This document shows positions 1 through 7,218 of a stretch of 36,528 nt of DNA, piece after piece (the stretch's first letter is position 1; each line of letters starts with the position of its first letter). The position numbers and the translations under genes are program-made. Source of the DNA: a virus (Duplodnaviria > Caudoviricetes); IMG/VR virus record IMGVR_UViG_3300010398_000020, positions 1 through 36,528 of that record; one strand, given 5' to 3'. The notes under the pieces were generated by a model. That model was not told the DNA's origin and ran no database searches. It worked only from the letters and a program-made list of their open reading frames with translations.

Positions 1-262
1 AAAAACCCTGACATTGCAAGCCATTGAAAACGCGATGAAAATGGGGTTTGACTTGGCGCTTGTTACCCGCCACGGCACAACGATTACGAAATATGACGGC
101 GGAACCGCAACGGACGCGACAATTGCGGTTAACGATTTGGTCGCGCTTTACAATATCGCCTAGGCCGGATTAACCGCGCGGGCGCCCGGTTGTCCGGGCG
201 CCGTCGCGGCCGATCGGCCGGCGCCGGCAATTCCGCCGGTGCTTTTTTGGGAGTTAACGAAA

Positions 263-445
263 ATGACACCCGACGAATATACAGAGCGGCTTTTCGCCGA
301 TCCGCGCCCGTGGTGGTACGCCGCGGACGCGGTGCGCGGACCAAAGCACCACAAGGCGCGCAACGTGCGGTTAACGGGCGCCGCCTACACGTTCCCGCGC
401 GGCAACGTCGCGCGCACGTTCGTCGCCGATCCGGTGCGCCGGTGA
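263..445 (+). CDS. Small hypothetical phage protein (60 aa, MTPDEYTERL...)
   Basis: ATG at 263 with GGGAG upstream. The stop overlaps the next GTG start (GTGA). Confidence 0.6.
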   Translation: MTPDEYTERLFADPRPWWYAADAVRGPKHHKARNVRLTGAAYTFPRGNVARTFVADPVRR

Positions 446-630
446 CGCGCGTCACGGTGCGCCGGCGGCGCGAGCGCGAGCACCGGCGCGACGTGTGCGC
501 CGGTGTTGCGCTGATCGTTGCCGCGGTGGCGATCGGCGCCGGTTGGATAACTGGCGCCGCCTATCTTGACTGCCGGCACCCGCGGTTAGCGGGCGCCGCC
601 TATTGCTCGGTTTTCAACGGGCGCCGGTGA
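442..630 (+). CDS. Small single-TM membrane protein
   Basis: GTG at 442 coupled to the upstream stop. Arg-rich N-terminus followed by hydrophobic VCAGVALIVAAVAIGAGWITGAAYL. Confidence 0.55.
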   Translation: MTRVTVRRRREREHRRDVCAGVALIVAAVAIGAGWITGAAYLDCRHPRLAGAAYCSVFNGRR

Positions 631-655
631 AAACAGCGTCAAATCCGCGTGTATT

Positions 656-690
656 GCGGTGCGGCTACCGCGGTGCGGTAGCTGCACCGC
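656..690. other. Strong 16-bp intergenic inverted repeat (hairpin)
   Basis: GCGGTGCGGCTACCGC-ggt-GCGGTAGCTGCACCGC, with one G.U pair on the + strand. Confidence 0.7.
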
Positions 691-791
691 CGAAATTCGC
701 GCGGCCCCGGCCGGCCCCCGTAGCGAACTCTCTTAGCGGCTTCTACCGGGGTTTTTAGTCCACTCGAAACCGAAAAATCAGGAGGATCAAA

Positions 792-1085
792 ATGGCGTTT
801 CCCAAGATACCCGGAATGCAACCAAAGCGGCGCGTGATCGAGACAACGGGGACACACGTCACCGTTGGGGTAACACCACCGGATTTTATGAAATTGCCGG
901 AACAACAGTTGACGCTCACGACGGATCAATACGCGCGCTATTTGGAATGGCAGAGTGGCGGCGCGCTCATTCAAGATTTGCTACCCGACTTGACCGCGGA
1001 TCAACGCGAGGTGCTACTGTCGGGGATCGGCGACGACGATTTTCATCGGATCGCCGGCGGTGACGATGACGAGGATGACTTATGA
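792..1085 (+). CDS. Hypothetical phage protein with acidic C-terminus
   Basis: Strong GGAGGA RBS at 781-786. ATGA-coupled to the next gene. Confidence 0.8.
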   Translation: MAFPKIPGMQPKRRVIETTGTHVTVGVTPPDFMKLPEQQLTLTTDQYARYLEWQSGGALIQDLLPDLTADQREVLLSGIGDDDFHRIAGGDDDEDDL

Positions 1086-1312
1086 CAGCGTTGGGAGTGC
1101 GGCGGCTCTGGTTGCGCCTAGGGTGGAGCCGGCTACAAGCGTCGGCCTACCTTGGGCTCAACGAAAAAACTATTCGCCGCTGGAACAAGGACGGCGCGCC
1201 ACCTCATGCGTCGCGCGTGTTGACGTTGCTCGCCGCCGGCAAAATCAGCAAAGAAAGCGCCGCCGTGCTCTTGTCGAGCGATTACGAGCGGCGCCTTCCT
1301 GCGGCGAGTTAA
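1082..1312 (+). CDS. Small HTH DNA-binding protein (XRE/Cro-like)
   Basis: LGWSRLQASAYLGLNEKTIRRW fits an HTH pattern. Confidence 0.7.
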   Translation: MTALGVRRLWLRLGWSRLQASAYLGLNEKTIRRWNKDGAPPHASRVLTLLAAGKISKESAAVLLSSDYERRLPAAS

Positions 1313-1941
1313 GCGAAGCCGGCAACGCGGCGGCGCGTGCGGAACGCAAACGCGAGCCCGACGAAGCCGAGTATCATCATCGCCCATGTGGACGGTTCCG
1401 GCACCGCGCCGGCGGCAACGTCAACACGATAGTGCTCGAAATCGGTAATACTGCCCCCGGTATCGAGTAGCACGTACTGATTGATCGTCTCGCCGTTGAT
1501 GGCCGCCAACGTAAACCCGGACTGTGCGTTCGGGTCGATTGCACCGAGGTTGAACGTGAACAACATAGTGCCGCCGCCTTGTTCGTTGGCAGTCACAAAC
1601 GCGGTTACGTTGCCGGTGCCCTTTAGGGAGAAAACGTCAGTGGTAGTTGCCAACACACTAGTGTTGGTCGCATCAAAGACTTGCACTTGCAAGTCAGAGG
1701 TGTTGGCAATCTTAATGTCGTTGCCATTCGCCGCGCCCACAAACAGCGGGTTTCCAGATAGGTCGGTGAAATCAACGGTGCCTTGGTTTTGACCGTTGAA
1801 ACTCCCAAGAATGAGGCCGCCCGTCTGACTGTCAAACACCACGTTGTCACCCGTGCCACTCAGTTTATCGAGTAGAGTGACGTCAGCCATCGCAGCAACA
1901 GGCGTCATTGCCAGTGCCGACGCAAGCAATAGTCGCTTCAT
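1309..1941 (-). CDS. PEP-CTERM (PEPxxWA-CTERM) sorting-domain surface protein
   Basis: Signal peptide MKRLLLASALAMTPVAAMA|D. C-terminal VPEPSTWAMMILGFVGLAFAF followed by basic RTRRR. GGAGG RBS. Confidence 0.93.
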   Translation of the reverse strand: MKRLLLASALAMTPVAAMADVTLLDKLSGTGDNVVFDSQTGGLILGSFNGQNQGTVDFTDLSGNPLFVGAANGNDIKIANTSDLQVQVFDATNTSVLATTTDVFSLKGTGNVTAFVTANEQGGGTMLFTFNLGAIDPNAQSGFTLAAINGETINQYVLLDTGGSITDFEHYRVDVAAGAVPEPSTWAMMILGFVGLAFAFRTRRRVAGFA

Positions 1942-1999
1942 GTGGTACTACCTCCGTCTTTCGCCCCGCGGGATTGCGGGTCGAACCATCCCCCATCAA

Positions 2000-2314
2000 T
2001 CAACGGTAAAGGTGATCTGGCCCGTTTTCGGTTTGCTCCGCAAACACCTTGCCGTCGCCGTAATTCCAGACCTTAAACCCCGCGCGGCAATTCTCATTGC
2101 CGCAAAAGATGACACCGGGCGGACCCGAGAAAAATTCCTCGCTCGCGCATCGAGGGCAAAACCCGCGGTGAATTTTCATGCCAAAATAGTTTTGCCGTGG
2201 TGTTCCCGGCGTGCGCGGGATGTGGATCGGGCGCGTTTGCCAGAGCGATTTGACCCACCGAAAGAACGATTTGACCATATATCTTTCGTTAGTGGGGGTT
2301 GCGTTGTTCGACAT
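2000..2314 (-). CDS. Zn-finger-like hypothetical protein
   Basis: CPRC...CGNENC motif. Start uncertain (ATG 2314 or a downstream Met). Confidence 0.6.
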   Translation of the reverse strand: MSNNATPTNERYMVKSFFRWVKSLWQTRPIHIPRTPGTPRQNYFGMKIHRGFCPRCASEEFFSGPPGVIFCGNENCRAGFKVWNYGDGKVFAEQTENGPDHLYR

Positions 2315-2504
2315 AGGCACGGATTTCCGTTTCGTTCGCGGCAAGCCATTCCAGCGTGCGCTTGACCGCTTCAAGCCGCGCGACGTGATAATCCGCTTGC
2401 GATTGCTTGATTTTGCCGGCGCGGACCCAACGCGGGTAAACCTCCGCGCGCTTCGTTAGCTCGCGGTCGATTTCCTCGATTTGCTGGCGCAAGTTAAATT
2501 TCAT
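2289..2504 (-). CDS. Small helical hypothetical phage protein
   Basis: 71 aa amphipathic helices (QQIEEIDRELTKRAEVYPRWV). Overlap-coupled with its neighbours. Confidence 0.75.
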   Translation of the reverse strand: MKFNLRQQIEEIDRELTKRAEVYPRWVRAGKIKQSQADYHVARLEAVKRTLEWLAANETEIRAYVEQRNPH

Positions 2505-2748
2505 TGCGCAAGTCTAACGGGACCCGCCGGCGCGGCGGCGTCCATTTGGGTTTCCACAAGACAACGAGCGACGCCCGATCCGGGCGGATCGCTGCCGGGT
2601 CGATCCCGGTCAACGACGCGACTTGGCGGAGGTAGCGGTAGGGCACTTGCTTCCACCGGCGCACCGCTTGCCGGCTGACCGGCGGGCGGAGCAACCGGGC
2701 CAATTCGCCGAGTTGGCGGTTATCCCGCAATTCTTGCAACACATCCAT
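2494..2748 (-). CDS. Cro/YdaS-like HTH transcriptional regulator (84 aa)
   Basis: True start MDVLQEL at 2748 with GAGGTGG RBS. LARLL...VSRQAVRRW...VP...TGI...IRPD is the Cro/YdaS pattern. Confidence 0.8.
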   Translation of the reverse strand: MDVLQELRDNRQLGELARLLRPPVSRQAVRRWKQVPYRYLRQVASLTGIDPAAIRPDRASLVVLWKPKWTPPRRRVPLDLRNEI

Positions 2749-2792
2749 TGACCACCTCGCCGGCACACTATAGCGTCCGACAACCGATTGTC
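2748..2792 (+). promoter_or_regulatory. Divergent control region: sigma70-like promoter plus palindromic operator
   Basis: TTGACC (2748-2753)-17 bp-TAGCGT (2771-2776). Inverted repeat GACAA-ccga-TTGTC (2779-2792). Lies in the 60-bp gap between divergent genes. Confidence 0.55.
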
Positions 2793-2808
2793 CATAGGAG
2801 GAGACAAA

Positions 2809-2964
2809 ATGGCAGACCCGGAATTTGATACGGACAAACCAACGACGGGAGCGGCGCCGGCAACGACGTTCAAAAGAGAAGAACCCAACAAACTTGAACG
2901 CATACTTGACGCTTTGCGAGAGCAAGCGCGCGAAATCCAAGAAATTAAAAAGATGCTGCGGTAA
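2809..2964 (+). CDS. Small coiled-coil protein (51 aa; not in ORF track)
   Basis: GGAGGAG RBS. MADPEFDTDK...LERILDALREQAREIQEIKKMLR. TAA directly abuts the next ATG. Confidence 0.75.
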   Translation: MADPEFDTDKPTTGAAPATTFKREEPNKLERILDALREQAREIQEIKKMLR

Positions 2965-3867
2965 ATGCCCGATCCGCAAAATCGAACCGTTAGCGCGACC
3001 GAAAGCCCCGCGCTATTCAACGCGAGCCCGTATCTGACGCGGTGGATGCTTTGGCGCAAATACGCGCGCGGCGACAAGATCGAGCCGGCCGAAACCGAGC
3101 GCATGTTTTGGGGAAAGGAATTGCAGCCGCTTCTAACAAAGCGCGCCGCTCACGATTTGAAACTTGAGGTGCACGATAACGTCCACGATCATTACATGCG
3201 CCATTCAACGCTGTTGATGGGGTGCACGCGCGATGCGTTGATTTACGATCCTAACCGCGGGTGGGGTTCGTTGGAGTGCAAATGCGTATTCGATTACGGG
3301 GTGTGGTTTCGAGAATGGCAAAGCGGGCAAGTTGTGCCGCGTCATTATGAAATCCAACTCCAACACCAAATGATCTGCGGCGACGGCGAGCAACCCCATG
3401 CGTGGGGTGTGATTGCCGCGTGGGTGTGCGGTGAAATGCACTATTTCGAGCGCGCGCCGATCGAGCAATTTCATGGTGAGCTATTGACAGCGATCGGGCA
3501 ATTTTGGGCAAGCTTGAGCGGCCCGGAGCCGGAACCATTCGGCGAAGCGGTGGAATACCCGTTGCTGCGCGAGCTATTCGATCCGCCACCGGGCGCCGTC
3601 AAAGAGGACCCGCAAAACTACAAACTCGCGGAAATTGCGCGGCTCTACAAGGACTTTCGCGCCAACTATCGCTTCTATGAAAAGGGCGCAGTAGCGGCGC
3701 GGCTTGAGTTGTTGAAAGCGATCGGCCACGACCATGAAGCGCTGCACCTCGCCGGCGACATTTGGGTGCGCGTGACCAAGACGAAGAACAACAATTTGAT
3801 GGTTAAGGTGGAAATCCCCGATGTTCTACCGGACGAAATCATTGATGCTTCGGAGGGTATCAGCTAG
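2965..3867 (+). CDS. YqaJ-like viral recombinase exonuclease (lambda exo family)
   Basis: SATE..A...SPY, WG..L, CTRD, LECK and Y.IQLQHQM motifs. Upstream of RecT. Confidence 0.88.
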   Translation: MPDPQNRTVSATESPALFNASPYLTRWMLWRKYARGDKIEPAETERMFWGKELQPLLTKRAAHDLKLEVHDNVHDHYMRHSTLLMGCTRDALIYDPNRGWGSLECKCVFDYGVWFREWQSGQVVPRHYEIQLQHQMICGDGEQPHAWGVIAAWVCGEMHYFERAPIEQFHGELLTAIGQFWASLSGPEPEPFGEAVEYPLLRELFDPPPGAVKEDPQNYKLAEIARLYKDFRANYRFYEKGAVAARLELLKAIGHDHEALHLAGDIWVRVTKTKNNNLMVKVEIPDVLPDEIIDASEGIS

Positions 3868-4414
3868 CGCGCATAATTGCGCGGCGATCATTGTTGGTAG
3901 CCTGCCGTTGCTACCGTTATTAGGAAAGGATGGGTGGCGCTATGCGTTGGTGGCAATATGTTTTGTCTATCATCTTTGGTTCCGTCGCGGGTGCCTTGGG
4001 AATTTCGTGTGTGGTCTTATTAACTCAAAACCTATCGGACCGATGTACGCCGCGCTCTATAGCGCCGGCTTCGCAACCATCTTCTACAGTGTTGCCGTCC
4101 CCTTCGACTTACTGGCGCTGTACGTTTTTTGTCAGTGGGTTTGTTTGCGAGCGACCGGCCACACGATACCGGGATACATAACGCAATGGAGGCCAACGAT
4201 GACTAACATAAAAGACTTAAAAGAGGGAGATTTTGCGGAAATTAAAATCACTAGCAATGTTGTGTCACGCGAGGCGGCTGATGCCCTTCTCCGTGACTAT
4301 CCCAATTTAGCTCCGCTAACGGTCGGCCGGCCAGAACATGCCGAGCATGAAACGCTACTCGTTGATGAATGGGGTCGCTACGTTATCGTGACGAACGCGA
4401 TGCGACGACAATAG
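3845..4414 (+). CDS. Multi-TM membrane protein (RDD-like N-part) with an in-frame soluble C-terminal segment
   Basis: 3-4 hydrophobic stretches. MLRRVSA...LGNFVCGL resembles RDD motifs. Internal GGAGG+ATG at 4199. Confidence 0.55.
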   Translation: MLRRVSASAHNCAAIIVGSLPLLPLLGKDGWRYALVAICFVYHLWFRRGCLGNFVCGLINSKPIGPMYAALYSAGFATIFYSVAVPFDLLALYVFCQWVCLRATGHTIPGYITQWRPTMTNIKDLKEGDFAEIKITSNVVSREAADALLRDYPNLAPLTVGRPEHAEHETLLVDEWGRYVIVTNAMRRQ

Positions 4415-4423
4415 GAGACAACC

Positions 4424-4534
4424 ATGCTCACATTCTGGCGCTCTTACTGCTTCTATCGCCGACACGGCGGACGCTGCTTTAGCTTCGCCAACGCAATCCG
4501 GTGGGCGTGGCTAATGCGAGGCGAGGTGCGATGA
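4424..4534 (+). CDS. Small hypothetical protein (36 aa; not in ORF track)
   Basis: AGGAG RBS. MLTFWRSYCFYRRHGG... The stop overlaps the recT ATG (ATGA). Confidence 0.6.
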   Translation: MLTFWRSYCFYRRHGGRCFSFANAIRWAWLMRGEVR

Positions 4535-5607
4535 ACGAATTAGCCGTCATCCAAAAACAATTCGAGCCGCTATTACCGCGGCTTGAGGCGGCGCTAGGTC
4601 CGGCGACGCAACACCTCCCGTTGCCGCGACTGATGCAAACGATTTGGGTGTCGATCGAGCAAAACCCGAAACTATTGGACGCCAACCGGCAAAGCTTGTT
4701 CAACGCTGCGCTCACGTTCGCATTCCTCGGGTTGGAGGTGGATGGTGCGACCGGGCAAGGGTATTTGATCCCTTTCAAAAACCGCGTGCAGCCCGTTATC
4801 GGTTACAAGGGCTACAACACGCTAGGCGCCCGTAGCGGCTTGACCATCAACGGCGACGTGATCCGCGAGGGTGACCGTTTTGAATTTGCCCTCGGGTCCA
4901 ATCCTTTCTGCACGCACGTCCCCAAGCTTGGGGAGCCCGGTCGCAAAGTAATAGGCGCGTGGGCAACCGCGAGTTCCAACACCCGGCCGCCGATTATCGC
5001 GGTGATGGGGATAGACGAACTCTTAGAGGTTAAACGGCGCGCGCCCAACGGCAATCAACCGCCGTGGTCCGATCCCGCCGTCGGCTTCCCGGCCATGTGC
5101 CAAAAGACCGTTAAGCGCCGGCTCGCGCGCGGGATGCCGCTCAACGTCTTTCAATACGCGGCGCGCCTTGAAGAACAATTTGACGAACAAGGCGTCGGCG
5201 GCTGGATTGACCCGTCGCGCGGCGTCGTCGCCGAGCGCGAGGAAACGCCGCCGCCTACGTCAACCATGCTGACGCAAGAGCCGGAACCGCAGCCGGCAGA
5301 AGAAACGGCGCCGGATAATGTTTCACGTGAAACAAATGGCGCCGCCCAAACCGAGCAAGCCTTTAGGGAGCCCGCCGGTGCGCCGGCGCCGCTCGCCGGT
5401 GATGTGTCAGGCAACCTCGGACGATTTCGCATTGCCTGTTCGTCTGCCTGCGAGGAAGGCACCGCCAAACTGCAATCGGTGTGGAAAACCATTCCGTTTG
5501 AGTACCGCGCGAGCCTGCAAGCCACCTACGACAAGCAATGGTGGACGCGCGCGTTGCTCGCCGATCGGCGCGCCAGCGAGCGCGAGGAAAAGGACACGCT
5601 GATATGA
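4531..5607 (+). CDS. recT: RecT-family single-strand annealing protein
   Basis: Start MNELAVIQ at 4531 (GAGG RBS). GLE...GQGYLIPF, IGYKG, V.EGD.F and W....AMCQKTV.RRL motifs. Pro/Glu linker and C-terminal helical domain. Confidence 0.92.
   Translation: MNELAVIQKQFEPLLPRLEAALGPATQHLPLPRLMQTIWVSIEQNPKLLDANRQSLFNAALTFAFLGLEVDGATGQGYLIPFKNRVQPVIGYKGYNTLGARSGLTINGDVIREGDRFEFALGSNPFCTHVPKLGEPGRKVIGAWATASSNTRPPIIAVMGIDELLEVKRRAPNGNQPPWSDPAVGFPAMCQKTVKRRLARGMPLNVFQYAARLEEQFDEQGVGGWIDPSRGVVAEREETPPPTSTMLTQEPEPQPAEETAPDNVSRETNGAAQTEQAFREPAGAPAPLAGDVSGNLGRFRIACSSACEEGTAKLQSVWKTIPFEYRASLQATYDKQWWTRALLADRRASEREEKDTLI
5319..5334. promoter_or_regulatory. parS: parS centromere-like site (ParB binding consensus)
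   Basis: Exact 16-bp palindrome TGTTTCACGTGAAACA, read as NVSRET in the RecT linker. Confidence 0.9.
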
Positions 5608-5870
5608 AGCGCCGGCCGGACCAAAAATGCGGGAATTGCGAGTTTTGGGATGAAAACCCGCTTTACGGCCCCGGCATGGGCGGGTGCCACAAGGGTCCGC
5701 CGACGCCGGTCATGGTCGGAATGACCGCGGTGCCGCCGCCGGTGATCGCGCGGCCGGACGCGCCGATGCAACAGGCGCCGGTCATTGTTTCGTATTTCCC
5801 GCCGATCCCGGCGGAGGGTCCGCAATCGTGGTGCGGTTCATGGGAACCTAAGACGGAAGGCGAGGCATAA
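5604..5870 (+). CDS. Small Cys-rich (putative Zn-binding) phage protein
   Basis: ATGA-coupled to recT. CGNCEFW...GGCHKGPP...WCGSW. Confidence 0.8.
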   Translation: MKRRPDQKCGNCEFWDENPLYGPGMGGCHKGPPTPVMVGMTAVPPPVIARPDAPMQQAPVIVSYFPPIPAEGPQSWCGSWEPKTEGEA

Positions 5871-6196
5871 TGACCAAGCGACGGAAACAACAGATAGATT
5901 TCCCTTTTGCACAAGTGACCGCGGAAGCCGATCGACGCCGGCGCGAGGGCGCGATTATCTTTCAAAAATGGACGTGCGGCGGGTGTGGTCATCGGCTCGC
6001 CGGCGGACCCGACGGATGGACGGAGTTTGGACGATGCGAGGACGAAATTAACGGGAAAACGTGTGGCTACGTGACGGACCTCCGCAAAACCGGGTGTAAC
6101 TTTACCCTCATTTTGACGCACCCAAGTCACCGCCAACGGATTGTCGATATGGCGCGCGTGTTGGGTCCGATCGGAGAACCGGAGGGCAACGGATAA
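5870..6196 (+). CDS. Zn-ribbon-like hypothetical protein
   Basis: KWTCGGCG...RC...TCG motif. TAATG coupling at both ends. Confidence 0.78.
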   Translation: MTKRRKQQIDFPFAQVTAEADRRRREGAIIFQKWTCGGCGHRLAGGPDGWTEFGRCEDEINGKTCGYVTDLRKTGCNFTLILTHPSHRQRIVDMARVLGPIGEPEGNG

Positions 6197-6441
6197 TGCC
6201 GCTATCGAAGGACAAGCAGGACCTACAGGACGCCGCGGAGGACCCGCGCGGCGCGATCCGGCAAGCCGAGACGGAACGGCTCAACAAGCAAATTCAGGAA
6301 ATAATCGGCGGGCAAGCCGTCCGAAAATTCTGTGTCGAGCAAGCCGTTCAAAATGCCTGCCATCAACCCGGCGTCGAGGCCGACAAGCTGTGCGAAGCGC
6401 TCTACCGCTTCATGACCGCGGACATCGCCAGATTGCATTAG
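6196..6441 (+). CDS. Hypothetical protein
   Basis: Coupled ORF with helical composition, followed by a terminator-like hairpin. Confidence 0.72.
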   Translation: MPLSKDKQDLQDAAEDPRGAIRQAETERLNKQIQEIIGGQAVRKFCVEQAVQNACHQPGVEADKLCEALYRFMTADIARLH

Positions 6442-6451
6442 TCGTGCAGTG

Positions 6452-6483
6452 CAGCAAAGCCCGCCGGTGTGGGGGTTTTGCTG
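6452..6483 (+). terminator. Terminator-like hairpin ending the recombination operon
   Basis: CAGCAAAGCCC...GGGTTTTGCTG stem just after the stop at 6441. Confidence 0.55.
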
Positions 6484-6682
6484 TTCGCTAGCTAATCATC
6501 ACTAGCTAATTCGCCGCGTTTTGCTGACAAAAATAGTTGTCGTGCAGTGCGGAAACCGCTGCGGCACAGCGGGATTTCGGCGCGCGCGTTGTCAATTTCG
6601 CGGTTTTGAAAATCGCCCCTGCTATCATGGTTGCGCCCGGTGGGGACTAGACCACCGGGCGCTCAACGGAAAGGAAACCATC

Positions 6683-7051
6683 ATGAGCAAGACTAGACTA
6701 GAGCGGATGACCACCAAGCACAACGGGTTCGCCGACGACGTGACCCGGCTGCGGCTGAAGCGGGACAAGATCATCGCCCAACTCTGCCGGGCGGAGGTGC
6801 GTCTAACCGCGGCGGTCCGCGCCGTCGCTAGGTCAACCAAGCGTCTCGACAAAGAGCGCCAGCTACAAGTCAACGCGCCGCTGCCGCCGGTGGACTTTCA
6901 CGCTCGCGCGCGAGCACGATCGACCGAGGAAAAAACAAACGGCGCCATTAAATCCTCGAGCCCGCCCCGCGCAAAGAAACCGCGCCGCACGCCCGACGAC
7001 TTCAAAGCTGAGATGAAAGCGCGGAAAAAGCCCGTGGCCGAAATCGGTTAG
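6683..7051 (+). CDS. Basic coiled-coil hypothetical protein (122 aa)
   Basis: ATG 6683 with AAGGA RBS. K/R-rich. Stand-alone gene. Confidence 0.7.
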   Translation: MSKTRLERMTTKHNGFADDVTRLRLKRDKIIAQLCRAEVRLTAAVRAVARSTKRLDKERQLQVNAPLPPVDFHARARARSTEEKTNGAIKSSSPPRAKKPRRTPDDFKAEMKARKKPVAEIG

Positions 7052-7065
7052 GAGAAAACGACAAA

Positions 7066-7196
7066 ATTGTGACGGCTGTCATAGGGCACCGTCACGATGC
7101 CTGTAGTGTGGAGCGGCGGCGGGTGGAGTGAGGCCCCACAAAACCCGCCGCCACCCGACAGGGCAAGAGCGCCGCTAGGGCCAATGCGCAACTGTC
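7066..7196. other. Cluster of hairpins between convergent genes
   Basis: GTGACGG/CCGTCAC (7069-7095), GGCGGCGGGT/ACCCGCCGCC (7115-7152) and GACAG/CTGTC (7157-7196). Confidence 0.55.
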
Positions 7197-7218
7197 CCGT
7201 CGAACCGCCTTATAGCCC

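Noticed and set aside
716-756. Possible intrinsic terminator CCCCGTAG...CTACCGGGG-TTTTT
   Set aside because: The stem is bulged with a long loop; plausible but too weak to call.
3867-3895. GCGCATAAT resembling a XerC half of a dif site
   Set aside because: There is no XerD half-site at the correct spacing.
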